Shown piece by piece: positions 8,689 to 17,871 of a stretch of DNA of 33,341 bases. Source of the stretch: an uncultured Acidobacteriota bacterium (GTDB lineage: Bacteria > Acidobacteriota > Thermoanaerobaculia > Multivoradales > JAHEKO01). The position numbers and the translations under genes were made by a program. Below the pieces are notes generated by a model. The model made no database searches. It was not told the origin of the DNA and worked only from the letters and a program-made list of their open reading frames with translations. Within the stretch, counting starts at the first letter, position 1; every line of letters begins with the position of its first letter. The stretch covers positions 1 to 33,341 of the forward strand of contig CAVQNG010000013.1 in the NCBI GenBank assembly GCA_963713825.1, given 5' to 3'.

Positions 8689-8801
8689 GCGCCACGCAAA
8701 GGCACACCTGGGAAAACCCAGGGCCGCAAAGCCACGGTTCCTCGTCTCCTTCGCGACGGAGTCCCGCCACGAAGGACCCAAGACCGCCGGGCTGCCGAAG
8801 G
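8689..8801 (+). ncRNA. c-di-GMP-I riboswitch with an extra hairpin inserted in P3
   Basis: AAAGGCACACCTGGGAAAACCCAGGGCCGCAAAGCCACGG...AAGACCGCCGGGCTGCCGAAGG. Confidence 0.85.
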
Positions 8802-8846
8802 GTGAAAGGTGAGGCTAACTGTAAATACAGGAAGGAGAACGGATCA

Positions 8847-10028
8847 ATGAAGGATCTGCTTTGGGCAACGCCGATCGTTCTGGTCTTGCTTATCACAGTC
8901 CCTGCCCCCACTAACGCAGGCGAGCCAACTCTTGACATCATCTTCGCAAACGAGGGCCAGAGGAACAGAGTCTGCCTTGGTGACGGCGTCGGGGGCTTCA
9001 CCTGTAGCGACGTTAGCGCCAATACAGACATGTCGTGGGGCGTGGCGCTGGGCTACGTGGATGGCGATCTCATACTCGATGCCGTTCTTGCGAATCGCCT
9101 TCAAAGGAACCGGATCTGCCTCGGAGATGGTGAGGGTGGCTTCAATTGCAGCGACGTAAATACTGACACGCTTTGGTCGCAGCTCGTGGCGCTCGGCTTT
9201 GTGGACGGTGATCAGATACTGGATGCCGTCTTCGCAAATAATGGTGAAAACCGCCTGTGCCTCGGCGACGGCGTAGGAGGTTTCACCTGTAGCGACGTCA
9301 GCACCGACACGAACCATTCGTACTCTGTGGCGCTGGGCTACGTAAATGGCGACCAGAAGCTAGACGCCGTCTTCTCGAATAACGGTAGGAACCGCGTCTG
9401 TCTGGGTGACGGTGTCGGGGGCTTTACCTGCAGCGACATCAGCACCAATACACAGCATTCCCAGGGCGTAGCACTCGGCTATGTGGACGGCGATCAAACG
9501 ATTGACGCTGTCTTCTCGAATCTCGACTTTGCCCAGCCGAACCGCGTCTGTCTGGGTGACGGCGCTGGGGGCTTTACCTGCAGCGACGTGAGCACCGATA
9601 CGAATGGCACAAGGTATTTGGCGCTTGGCCACGTTGACGACGATCAGACGCTTGATGTGGTCTTCGCAAATGGCAGCGATGCTCCAGACCGGGTCTGCCT
9701 CGGCGATGGTGGCGGGAGGCTTCTCATGTAGCGACATTAGTACTGACACGTTTCGCGGGGAAACGGTGGCTCTCGGCTTTATCGACGGGGACCAGGCGCT
9801 CGACGCCGTCTTCGGCAATGCTGGTCGGAACCGCCTTTGCCTGGGTGAGGTGTCGGGGGCTTTACCTGCAGCGATATCAGCTCCGACGAGAATGGCTCGT
9901 ATGGCATGTCACTCGGCTTTATTGACGACAACCCAAGAATCTTCGCCGACGGCTTCGAGTCGGGCGATACCTCGGCCTGGTCGGAGTGCGGTGCAGTGCC
10001 ACCCGCTCAGCTTGTCCTCCAGAGCTAG
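8847..10028 (+). pseudogene. Secreted FG-GAP/VCBS-like repeat protein with IFADGFESGDTSAWS tail; compensating frameshifts
   Basis: Signal peptide after RBS GGAG; about 7 repeats of VALGYVDGDxxLDAVFAN..NRVCLGDGxGGFTC; +1 shift near 9716 and -1 shift near 9848 restore the original frame; tail at 9939-9983. Confidence 0.8.
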
Positions 10029-10059
10029 GCCTCGAGACCAACTCTTTGCTTAACCGGGT

Positions 10060-10085
10060 TGTCACGTTTGTGTCCATTCAGTACT
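10060..10085 (+). promoter_or_regulatory. Putative ECF promoter TGTCAC-N16-TACT
   Basis: TGTCACGTTTGTGTCCATTCAGTACT. Confidence 0.6.
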
Positions 10086-10103
10086 AGGCAGAGGGCATCG
10101 GAA

Positions 10104-10212
10104 GCGCCTCGCAAGGGTAAACCTGGCCAAAGCCAGGGCCACAAAGCTACGGTCCTCGTCTCCTTCGTGACGGAACCCCGCCACGAAGGAAAGACCGCCG
10201 GGCTGCCGAAGG
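10104..10212 (+). ncRNA. c-di-GMP-I riboswitch with P3 hairpin insertion
   Basis: AAGGGTAAACCTGGCCAAAGCCAGGGCCACAAAGCTACGGTCCT...AAGACCGCCGGGCTGCCGAAGG; covarying P2. Confidence 0.85.
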
Positions 10213-10249
10213 GTGAATGGTGGCCCTGTCTGTGGAAAAGGAGTTTGGT

Positions 10250-11599
10250 GTGAGGTTGGCAGCGATGTCCCTTGGAATGAGCGTGCTGATCGCCGGCTCG
10301 ATGAGCGCCCAAGGCCCCGTTCCGGTAGGTGAAGAGTTCCAGGTCAACACCTACACAACGAGTGATCAACGTTTCCCAGCGGTTGCCGTAGAGCCCGATG
10401 GCGACTTCGTGGTGGTCTGGTGGAGCCGTGGATCTTCAGGAACGGACTCGTCTTGGACCAGCATCCAGGGGCAGCGCTACGATTCCGATGGCTTCCCTGT
10501 GGGGGGCGAGTTCCAGGTCAACACCTATACTACGAATGGGCAAACAGCGCATTGCGTAGCTGTCGACCAGCATGGTGACTTCGTCGTGGTGTGGCAAAGC
10601 AATAGCGCCAGTTCGTCTGGGACGGATACAAGCTCATACAGCACCCAGGGGCAGCGTTACGATTCCGATGGGCTTCCTGTGGGGGGTGAGTTCCAGATCA
10701 ACACATATACAACGAATTTTCAGGGTCAACCATCTGTTTCCATCGACCAGGATGGTCGCTTTGTCGTGGTATGGCTGAGCGAGGGATCGTCTGGCACAGA
10801 CACCGACGTGATGAGCATCCAGGGTCAGCGTTACGACTCCAATGGCCTTCCACTGGGCGGCGAGTTCCAGGTCAATACCTATACGACAGCAGACCAGAAA
10901 TGGCCAGCGGTTGCCGTAGAGCCTGATGGAGACTTCGTGGTTGTGTGGACCAGCGAAGGCTCGTTCGAAACGGACACCGATAGCTACAGCATCCAGGGAC
11001 AGCGCTACGATTCCGATGGCTCCCCTCTGGGGGGCGAGTTCCAGGTCAACACTTACACAACGTCGGATCAACATGACACATCTGTTGCCGTCGACCAGGA
11101 TGGTGACTTCGTGGTTGTGTGGAGGAGCCGTGGTTCGTTGGGAACGGATACAGACGGTAGCAGTATCCAGGGGCAGCGCTACGATTCCGATGGCTTCCCT
11201 GTGGGGGGCGAGTTCCAGGTCAATACCTATACGACCAGTTTCCAGAGTCAACCATCCGTTTCAAGCGATCAGGATGGTGGCTTCGTCGTGGTGTGGAGGA
11301 ACTTGGGAAGATCAGGAACGGATACAGACGGCGTCAGTATCCAAGGGCAGCGCTACGATTCTGATGGTCTCCCAGTGGGAGGCGAGTTCCAGGTCAACAC
11401 CTACACTACGAGCTATCAATATGAACCAGCGGTTGCCGCAGGCCCCAATGGAGGCTTTGTGGTGGTGTGGGCCAGCGACGGCTCATACGGCACGGATACC
11501 GATTATTTCAGCGTCCAGGGGCAGCGTTACACGCTTCCGGTCTTCCTAGACGGCTTCGAGTCCGGCGACACCTCTGCCTGGTCAAACACCGTTCAGTAG
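10250..11599 (+). CDS. Secreted repeat protein (7x ~60-aa 'GEFQVNTYTT' repeats, probable beta-propeller) with FLDGFESGDTSAWS tail
   Basis: Tandem repeats GGEFQVNTYTT..P.VA...G.FVVVW.S.G...SIQGQRYDSDG; GTG start at 10250 after AAGGAG (ORF track starts at 10217). Confidence 0.85.
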   Translation: MRLAAMSLGMSVLIAGSMSAQGPVPVGEEFQVNTYTTSDQRFPAVAVEPDGDFVVVWWSRGSSGTDSSWTSIQGQRYDSDGFPVGGEFQVNTYTTNGQTAHCVAVDQHGDFVVVWQSNSASSSGTDTSSYSTQGQRYDSDGLPVGGEFQINTYTTNFQGQPSVSIDQDGRFVVVWLSEGSSGTDTDVMSIQGQRYDSNGLPLGGEFQVNTYTTADQKWPAVAVEPDGDFVVVWTSEGSFETDTDSYSIQGQRYDSDGSPLGGEFQVNTYTTSDQHDTSVAVDQDGDFVVVWRSRGSLGTDTDGSSIQGQRYDSDGFPVGGEFQVNTYTTSFQSQPSVSSDQDGGFVVVWRNLGRSGTDTDGVSIQGQRYDSDGLPVGGEFQVNTYTTSYQYEPAVAAGPNGGFVVVWASDGSYGTDTDYFSVQGQRYTLPVFLDGFESGDTSAWSNTVQ

Positions 11600-11627
11600 C
11601 TAGCCCCACCACCCTCTAAGCTTCAGT

Positions 11628-11657
11628 GGGCCGGGCCTTGCGTCCGGTCTTTTCTTT
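11628..11657 (+). terminator. Intrinsic terminator
   Basis: GGGCCGGGC-cttgc-GTCCGGTCT followed by TTTCTTT; related to the 7064 hairpin. Confidence 0.7.
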
Positions 11658-11876
11658 GCCTAGCCCCCGGGGGTAGGCCCCTGTCCTCTTGGGACCCCGC
11701 GCGGCTGGAGCACAGGTCCAGGGATATAAGCACCTCCACCCTCGCCCGTCACCTCATCTGTCCCAGCGAGTACCAAGGCAACATCTCCTCTCGCCAAGGG
11801 CCTAGCCGTCCAGACCGGGTTCGGCCCTCAGTACAGTCTGAGACAGGCTGGGACAGGAACAAATTCCAATGTCGCC

Positions 11877-11903
11877 TGTCACGTTTGTGTCCGTGTAGCC
11901 ACT
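11877..11903 (+). promoter_or_regulatory. Putative ECF promoter TGTCAC-N17-CACT
   Basis: TGTCACGTTTGTGTCCGTGTAGCCACT. Confidence 0.7.
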
Positions 11904-11922
11904 TATAGATAGGGAAGTAGAA

Positions 11923-12025
11923 GCGCCTCGACAAAGGCACACCTGGGAAAACCCAGGGCCGCAAAGCCACGGATCCTGAGTCTGGCTATTCCGCAGGGGA
12001 TCGGGACCGCCGGGTTGCCGAAAGG
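11923..12025 (+). ncRNA. c-di-GMP-I riboswitch
   Basis: GCCTCGACAAAGGCACACCTGGGAAAACCCAGGGCCGCAAAGCCACGGATCCT...GGGACCGCCGGGTTGCCGAAAGG. Confidence 0.85.
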
Positions 12026-12061
12026 AAGATGGATAACCCTTTGAAGCGGGAGGACGGAACG

Positions 12062-13774
12062 ATGAGACACGTGCGATGTCTGTTGATGTTGACCGCAGTG
12101 AGTTTCTTGGCGCAGCCGGCTCTGGTGGAGGGAGAGACCATCACGATCAGGGCCTATATCGACGGCGTCAGCCAGCTGCACCTTTCAGGGTCAGACGCCA
12201 CTTGGAATCACCTTCAGTGGCAGGCACCTGGCCTGTTCGATGGAGCGGTTGAGCCGACTGTGATCAATGGGGTGGAGTGGTACGCCACATTCGCCGATGG
12301 TCGTTGGTGCATCGATTGCTGGTCGGACACCTTTACCGGTGTCTCGCCGGCACTGCCCGGCAGCGAATTCCCGGTCAGCTTGACGCCCGTCTCTGCACGA
12401 GGATCTGCGTCGATCGCCGAGTATCCATCGGCCACGAACAACTACACCGTGGTCGTGGAGTTCAATGACGATGAAGGCGCGGGTGCTGTTTGGTACGAAG
12501 TCGTCCTCGATATTGCGATGGACTGCGAGATGAATTTTTCTGTACCCATCTACGATGGGCAGACGTGGACGCACAATTGTGACGCCCAGGTCAACGGAGT
12601 CGTAGTCCCGGATCCTGGATGCCCGGCGGTGACCGAGATTTTCTGGGATTGGGGAGATGGCGCTGAAGACTCCTCGTGGTTTCCCGCGTTCCACAGTTAC
12701 GGAGCGAACGGGACCTATTCTGTAACGGTCACCGCGGTCGATGGCGCTGGCGATACGGTCTCGGACTCGATCGACCTGGAAATCGCCGGCTGTGAGCCGC
12801 TGCCGTCTGCACCGGGTGACGTCGGCGAGGGGCTGGCCCTTTGGCTGGTGGCCGACTCGGGGATCTCACACTGGAGCAACTGGGTCAGTCAGTGGAGGGA
12901 TCAGTCGGATCAGGAACGGCACCTCTACCAGTGGAGCCGATCTCTACAGCCAGAGCTGGTCGAAAACGTGGTGAACGGGCACGATGTCCTTCGGTTCGAT
13001 GTCGATTCCCTGCCCTTCGATGGGGAGTTCCTGGTCGATTCCAACTACACCATCTTTGTGGTCGAGGGAAGAGATCGGTTCGGGCTGGCAAACTTCTTCG
13101 TCGGCGGCAGCGATCCGATGCCCAATGGCAATCTCGTGATCGGCTACGAGGGCGAAGACCTGCTCCGCCTGGCTCATTTCGCCAACGATCTCGATGCCGC
13201 GGTGCCGAGCTATGTCGGCATCCAAGAGTTCGCCTTGACCACCTTCGCCTTCGACAGGGCGGTCGGGCGCTCGATTCTCCGCTTCGGCGAAGAGATCGCC
13301 AGTGACGACAATACCCTGCCGTTGGTCTCCTACGGATCGCCGGCGATTGGGAGCTTCTATGCGTTCAACTACTTTTACGGTGGAGACATCGCGGAGATGG
13401 TCTTCTTCGATCGGCCTCTGGCCTGTGGGGAGCGTGCAGCCGTGGAGCTCTATCTGGCCGACAAGTACGGCCTGGAGCTCGCGTACGCCGACGCGATCGA
13501 GCTATGTGCGGAAGCTCCCATTCTCGAGATCGTAACGGAGGTCTTGAACATCGATCTCCAGGAGGGGATATCGACTTCACTCGCTGCGAAGCTGGAGTCA
13601 GCTCTTGCCGCTCTCGAGGACGCGCGAGCCGAGAACGACCAGGCTGCGATCAACACCCTCGGGGCTTTCATCAATGCGGTGGAGGCGCAGCGGGGCAAGA
13701 AGATCTCCAACGAAGATGCCGACCGGCTGATTGGCGTAGCAGAGGAGATCATCGCTTTCCTGGCAGGACCATAG
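12062..13774 (+). CDS. Secreted multidomain protein: PKD domain, ConA/LamG-like domain, C-terminal helical (FIMAH-like) domain
   Basis: Signal peptide after GGAGG; WDWGDG..HSY...GTYSVTVT (PKD); LALWLVAD..VSQWRDQS..GDIAEMVFFDRPL..VELYLADKYG; AFINAVEAQRGKKIS. Confidence 0.85.
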   Translation: MRHVRCLLMLTAVSFLAQPALVEGETITIRAYIDGVSQLHLSGSDATWNHLQWQAPGLFDGAVEPTVINGVEWYATFADGRWCIDCWSDTFTGVSPALPGSEFPVSLTPVSARGSASIAEYPSATNNYTVVVEFNDDEGAGAVWYEVVLDIAMDCEMNFSVPIYDGQTWTHNCDAQVNGVVVPDPGCPAVTEIFWDWGDGAEDSSWFPAFHSYGANGTYSVTVTAVDGAGDTVSDSIDLEIAGCEPLPSAPGDVGEGLALWLVADSGISHWSNWVSQWRDQSDQERHLYQWSRSLQPELVENVVNGHDVLRFDVDSLPFDGEFLVDSNYTIFVVEGRDRFGLANFFVGGSDPMPNGNLVIGYEGEDLLRLAHFANDLDAAVPSYVGIQEFALTTFAFDRAVGRSILRFGEEIASDDNTLPLVSYGSPAIGSFYAFNYFYGGDIAEMVFFDRPLACGERAAVELYLADKYGLELAYADAIELCAEAPILEIVTEVLNIDLQEGISTSLAAKLESALAALEDARAENDQAAINTLGAFINAVEAQRGKKISNEDADRLIGVAEEIIAFLAGP

Positions 13775-13812
13775 CCGGACTGCCGAAGAGAGGTGGCACG
13801 GAAGAGATTTCC

Positions 13813-13839
13813 TGTCACGTTTGTGTCGGTGTAGCCACT
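13813..13839 (+). promoter_or_regulatory. Putative ECF promoter TGTCAC-N17-CACT
   Basis: TGTCACGTTTGTGTCGGTGTAGCCACT, one mismatch to the 11877 copy. Confidence 0.7.
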
Positions 13840-13858
13840 TATAGATATGGAAGTAGAA

Positions 13859-13972
13859 GCGCCTCGACAAAGGCACACCTGGGAAAACCCAGGGCCGCAA
13901 AGCCACGGGTCCTCGTCTCCTTCGCGACGGAAATCCGCCACGAGGGACCCAAGACCGCCAGGCCGCCGAAGG
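13859..13972 (+). ncRNA. c-di-GMP-I riboswitch with P3 hairpin insertion
   Basis: 5' half identical to the 11923 copy; 3' end AAGACCGCCAGGCCGCCGAAGG. Confidence 0.8.
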
Positions 13973-14020
13973 GCAAGCGAGGAAGTTGTGACCTCATACC
14001 TGTGAGGGGAAGAGAGGAGA

Positions 14021-17000
14021 ATGGCGATGAAAGAAGTCGGGATGCAAGGTTCTAGGCCAATGTATCTGGTGCTGGCGCTGATCGTACTGTGGTTGCTCCC
14101 AGGGGGGCTGTTCGCGAACGTCGCAGTGCTGGCCTTCGAGGTCGAGGCGTTCGACCTCCAGACGGGGCTCGTGGTCGAGATCGACCCGATGGCGACCCTT
14201 GAGGAATCCGACGGTGACTTCAGTTTCGGCTATCACGCCGACAGGTCCACTCACACTGTGTTGGTCCCCAATGTGGTCGCGGGAGTCGAGATCGCCTTTC
14301 TCGACGCCACCTACTTCGACGAGGTCACCTACGGGGAGGTGGCGGACCTGCCGTTCACGGCAGATTTCCCAGATGAGCCCTTCGAGGCCAGCGATACGGT
14401 CGTATTGAAGACCGGCCTCGGCGAGTACTTCAAGATCGGAAACGCCGACGAGAGCCTCGACTTCGTCTCTTTCGACTACGCGGCTCTCCTCGACAGCACC
14501 CTGCTCTAGAACCTGTCCCTGGAGAATCTGTCGTGTTGCTCGCCAGTGCCACTCAGCCTCCTGCCGGGCTTTCCACGAAGGAGTGGGAGGCGATTCGGGC
14601 TCTAGTAGAGACAGATCAGTACGGGATGACTCCGACTGCGGGAGCCGAGGCACAGAGCTACGAAGCACGCAACGCAGAGCATGCGCTCACAGCCCGCTTG
14701 AGCCGCAGGGAGTGACTCTCAAATCGCTCGGAGAAGAAGACTGGACCCTGAGCTTGTCCGTCCGAGCCTATGGCTGCGGAGGGATGACCGAGGTTCCGAC
14801 AGCCCGTGAACTCATAGCGGCTGGGAACCGGCTCGAATACCGCTCTGGAGATCTAGTGGAGTGGTACATCAACGACGCCAGTGGCCTGGAACAGGGCTTC
14901 ACCATCGCCGCACCACCGCCGGGAGAGAGGGCTGAAGCCTTTAGCGTTGCTATGGAGATCTCAGGCGATCTCGTTCCTCGATGGATCGAGGAGGGATCAT
15001 CGCTTGCGTTGGAGACAGCCGTCGGGAAACCGGCCCTGCGCTACGCCGGTCTTGTGGCTTGGGACGCCGAGGGCCGGGACCTTCCAGTGCAGATTGCCTG
15101 GGCTGGAGACCAGCTAAGTCTTGTGGTCGATGATTCCTCTGCGGTTTATCCCGTAGCCATCGACCCCTTGTTTACCGAAGAGGCCAAGCTTCTCGCCAGC
15201 GACGGAGCAGGAGCCGACAGGTTCAGCTATGCGGCTGCCATCTCCGGCGACACGGCTGGTGGTGGCAGGCTTGACGATGACGGCGGCACCATTCGGGCTC
15301 GGCCTACGTCTTCACGCGCAGCGGCGGCGACCTGGACCCAGCAGGCCAAGCTGACCGCCGGCGACGCAGCGGCGGACGACCAGTTCGGCTCATTCGGTGG
15401 CGGTCTCGGGCGACACGGCCGTGGTCGGGGCGTAGCGGCGATGACGACGACGGCGGCGAATTCCGGCTCGGCCTACGTCTTCACGCGCAGCGGCACGAGC
15501 TGGACGCAGCAGGCCAAGCTCACCGCCGAGCGACGGCGCGGCGGGCGACGACTTCGGCTATTCGGTCGCGATCTCGGGCGACACGGCCGTGGTCGGGGCA
15601 GTCTTGGACGATGACGACGACGGCATCGACTCCGGCTCGGCCTACGTCTTCATGCGCAGCGGCACGAGTCTGGACCCAGCAGGCCAAGCTGACCGCCGAG
15701 CGACGGCGCGGCAGGCGACTACTTCGGCATTCGGTGGCGGTCTCCGGCGACACGGCCGTGGTCGGGGCCATGACGATGACGACGACGGCAGCAATTCCGG
15801 CTCGGCCTACGTCTTCACCCGCAGCGGCAGCGACCTGGACCCAGCAGGCCAAGCTCACCGCCAGCGACGGCAGCGGCAGACGACTACTTCGGCGTATCGG
15901 TCGCGGTCTCCGGCGACACGGCCGTGGTCGGGGCCTATGGCGACGACGACAACGGCACGGATTCCGGCTCGGCCTACGTCTTCACGCGCAGCGGCACGAG
16001 CCTGGACCCAGCAGGCCAAGCTGACCGCCAGCGACGGCGCGCGCAGCGACTACTTCGGCTATTCGGTGGCCATCGTCCGGCGACACCGCGGTGGTCGGGC
16101 GCATACGGAGACGACGACCTCGGCTCGCGATTCCGGTTCGGCCTACGTCTTCGTGCGCAGCGGCACAAGCTGGAGCCGAGCAGGCGAAGCTTGCGCCGAG
16201 CGACGGAGCGGAGGCGACAATTTCGGCTCTTCGGCTGCCATCTCCGGCGACACCATTGTGGTGGGTGCATACGGAGATGATGACCTCGGCTCCTATTCCG
16301 GTTCCGCGTACGTCTTCACCCTCGTGGTGGTGGATGCGGACGCGGATGGCGTCCCCAACAGCACCGACAACTGCCCGACCGTCGGCAACACCGACCAGTT
16401 GAACTCGGATGCGGATGCTTACGGCGATGCATGCGACAACTGCCCCGCTGTCACAACGCGGATCAGTGGGACACAGGACTTCGACGGCCGCGGGGATGTC
16501 TGCGACAACTGTCAGTCGGTAGCGAACTTCTCCCAGATCGACCTTGACGGCGACCTTGCAGGAGACCTCTGCGACATCTGCCCTGCGGATCCGTGGACGA
16601 ATGCAACGCGGACCCCGAAGGTTCAGGAGGAGGCGAAGTGCCTGCCGACGAGGGCGGTGAGATCGAGACCGGCGATGGCGGTGCGAACCTCTCCCTACCG
16701 CCCGATTCTCAGTGAGGACACGACGATTACCGTCACGGCACGGTGTTCAATGATCCAGAGGCCGATCTCGCATTGACCCCGGCACAAACGGTTGGGTCAG
16801 CGACTGAGCGTCTACGACTTCCAGCCCGATGGTTGGAGTTCACCTATCCTATCCAGATCACCATCGTTCTGGATCTGAGCACAGTACAGCCGCCGCTCGG
16901 GGACAATCAGAGGAGGCGCCCTGACCCTCTATTTCCAGACCGAATCGGGTGACCTGGCACCCATCGCCCCGATTAGGGTTACCCGCTCCCTGAGCCCACT

Positions 17001-17522
17001 ATCGAGTCGGAAATTGCCACCTGCACAGCCTGGATCGAGCACTTCTCTGTCTACGCACTCGTAGCGCCACTCGATGCAGATGCGGACGGGATTCTCGATA
17101 GCTTCGATGGCTTCGTCGATGTCTGTCCCGACGACCCGAATATCGTGGATGGCTTCCTGCAACCTCTCGTCGAGCTCGTTCCGGCGAGCCAGGCCGAAGC
17201 CCCACTGCCCGACAAGGCGTTCAAGTCGAATCGAACGCTCCCGATGAAGCTCGGCTATTACTGTGGTGCAGCACCGTTGACCGATCAGAGTGGGGTTTCC
17301 CCACCGCAGATCCTGGAACTCTGGCGTGTCGGTGACGCGGAGCCGCTCGATGTCGTGGACCCAGACAGCGGCGAGGCGAATGACAATGGCGTCTTCTTCC
17401 GGTACACAGACGACCACTGGACCTACAACTTCAATACCAAGGGTCTCCCACAGGGCACCTACGAGATTGTGATCAAGGTGCCGGATGGAAGGAACTTCAA
17501 GGGAGGGTTTGTGCTGAGGTAG
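14021..17522 (+). pseudogene. Large secreted adhesin-like protein (signal peptide, N-terminal beta domains, FG-GAP repeats, thrombospondin type-3 repeats, C-terminal PxKF-like domain), multiply frameshifted
   Basis: Fragments join across frames: 14021-14509, 14533-14715, [92 protein letters not shown]. 14021-14509 could instead be a separate gene. Confidence 0.7.
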
Positions 17523-17551
17523 GTTATCGGTCGGATGGTCGGTGTCTTCTG

Positions 17552-17580
17552 AGGCCGGGCTTCGTGCCCGGCCTTTTCTT
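17552..17580 (+). terminator. Intrinsic terminator
   Basis: AGGCCGGGC-ttcgt-GCCCGGCCT followed by TTTCTT. Confidence 0.8.
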
Positions 17581-17732
17581 GTGGTTCCACTGGATGCAGG
17601 CGACCCTGCTACCCATAGCAGAGGTCTCCGACGCATAGCCTTCTGGCTATGTCTCCTACCCGTCAAGAGGGGTTCCCAACCACCTCTTCGGGTATGTCGG
17701 TCTTGTCAGATCTCTGCTAACACAGCTGTACA

Positions 17733-17816
17733 GAGATAAAGGCAAACCTGTCGCGAGGCAGGGGCGCAAAGCCACGGGTCTGGGCAAGTCACTGCCGAGA
17801 TCGCCGGGCTGCCACG
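17733..17816 (+). ncRNA. c-di-GMP-I riboswitch upstream of sigma 2
   Basis: AAAGGCAAACCTGTC-GCGA-GGCAGGGGCGCAAAGCCACGGGTCT...AGATCGCCGGGCTGCC; canonical GNRA loop; P1 pairing is weak. Confidence 0.8.
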
Positions 17817-17871
17817 AGCGTCGCAAGTTGGTGGAGTCGAGCGACTCCGCCGCAGCGGGGAGTCTGTACGG

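Noticed and set aside
10300-11530. Tandem ~180-nt repeats as diversity-generating retroelement TR/VR
   Set aside because: They are ordinary in-frame protein repeats; no reverse transcriptase and no adenine-specific mismatch pattern were seen
172-13972. Repeated leaders as a CRISPR array, attC sites or MITEs
   Set aside because: Repeats are about 100-150 nt and separated by whole genes, lack terminal inverted repeats and attC core sites, and no cas, integrase or transposase gene is present; the GEMM riboswitch explains them
16449-16475. TGTCAC-N17-CACA inside the adhesin gene
   Set aside because: Intragenic, in an indel-rich region, with no downstream leader or start; likely chance
7137-17816. 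3',3'-cGAMP-specific (GEMM-Ib) assignment
   Set aside because: The specificity position before P2 is G in every copy, not A
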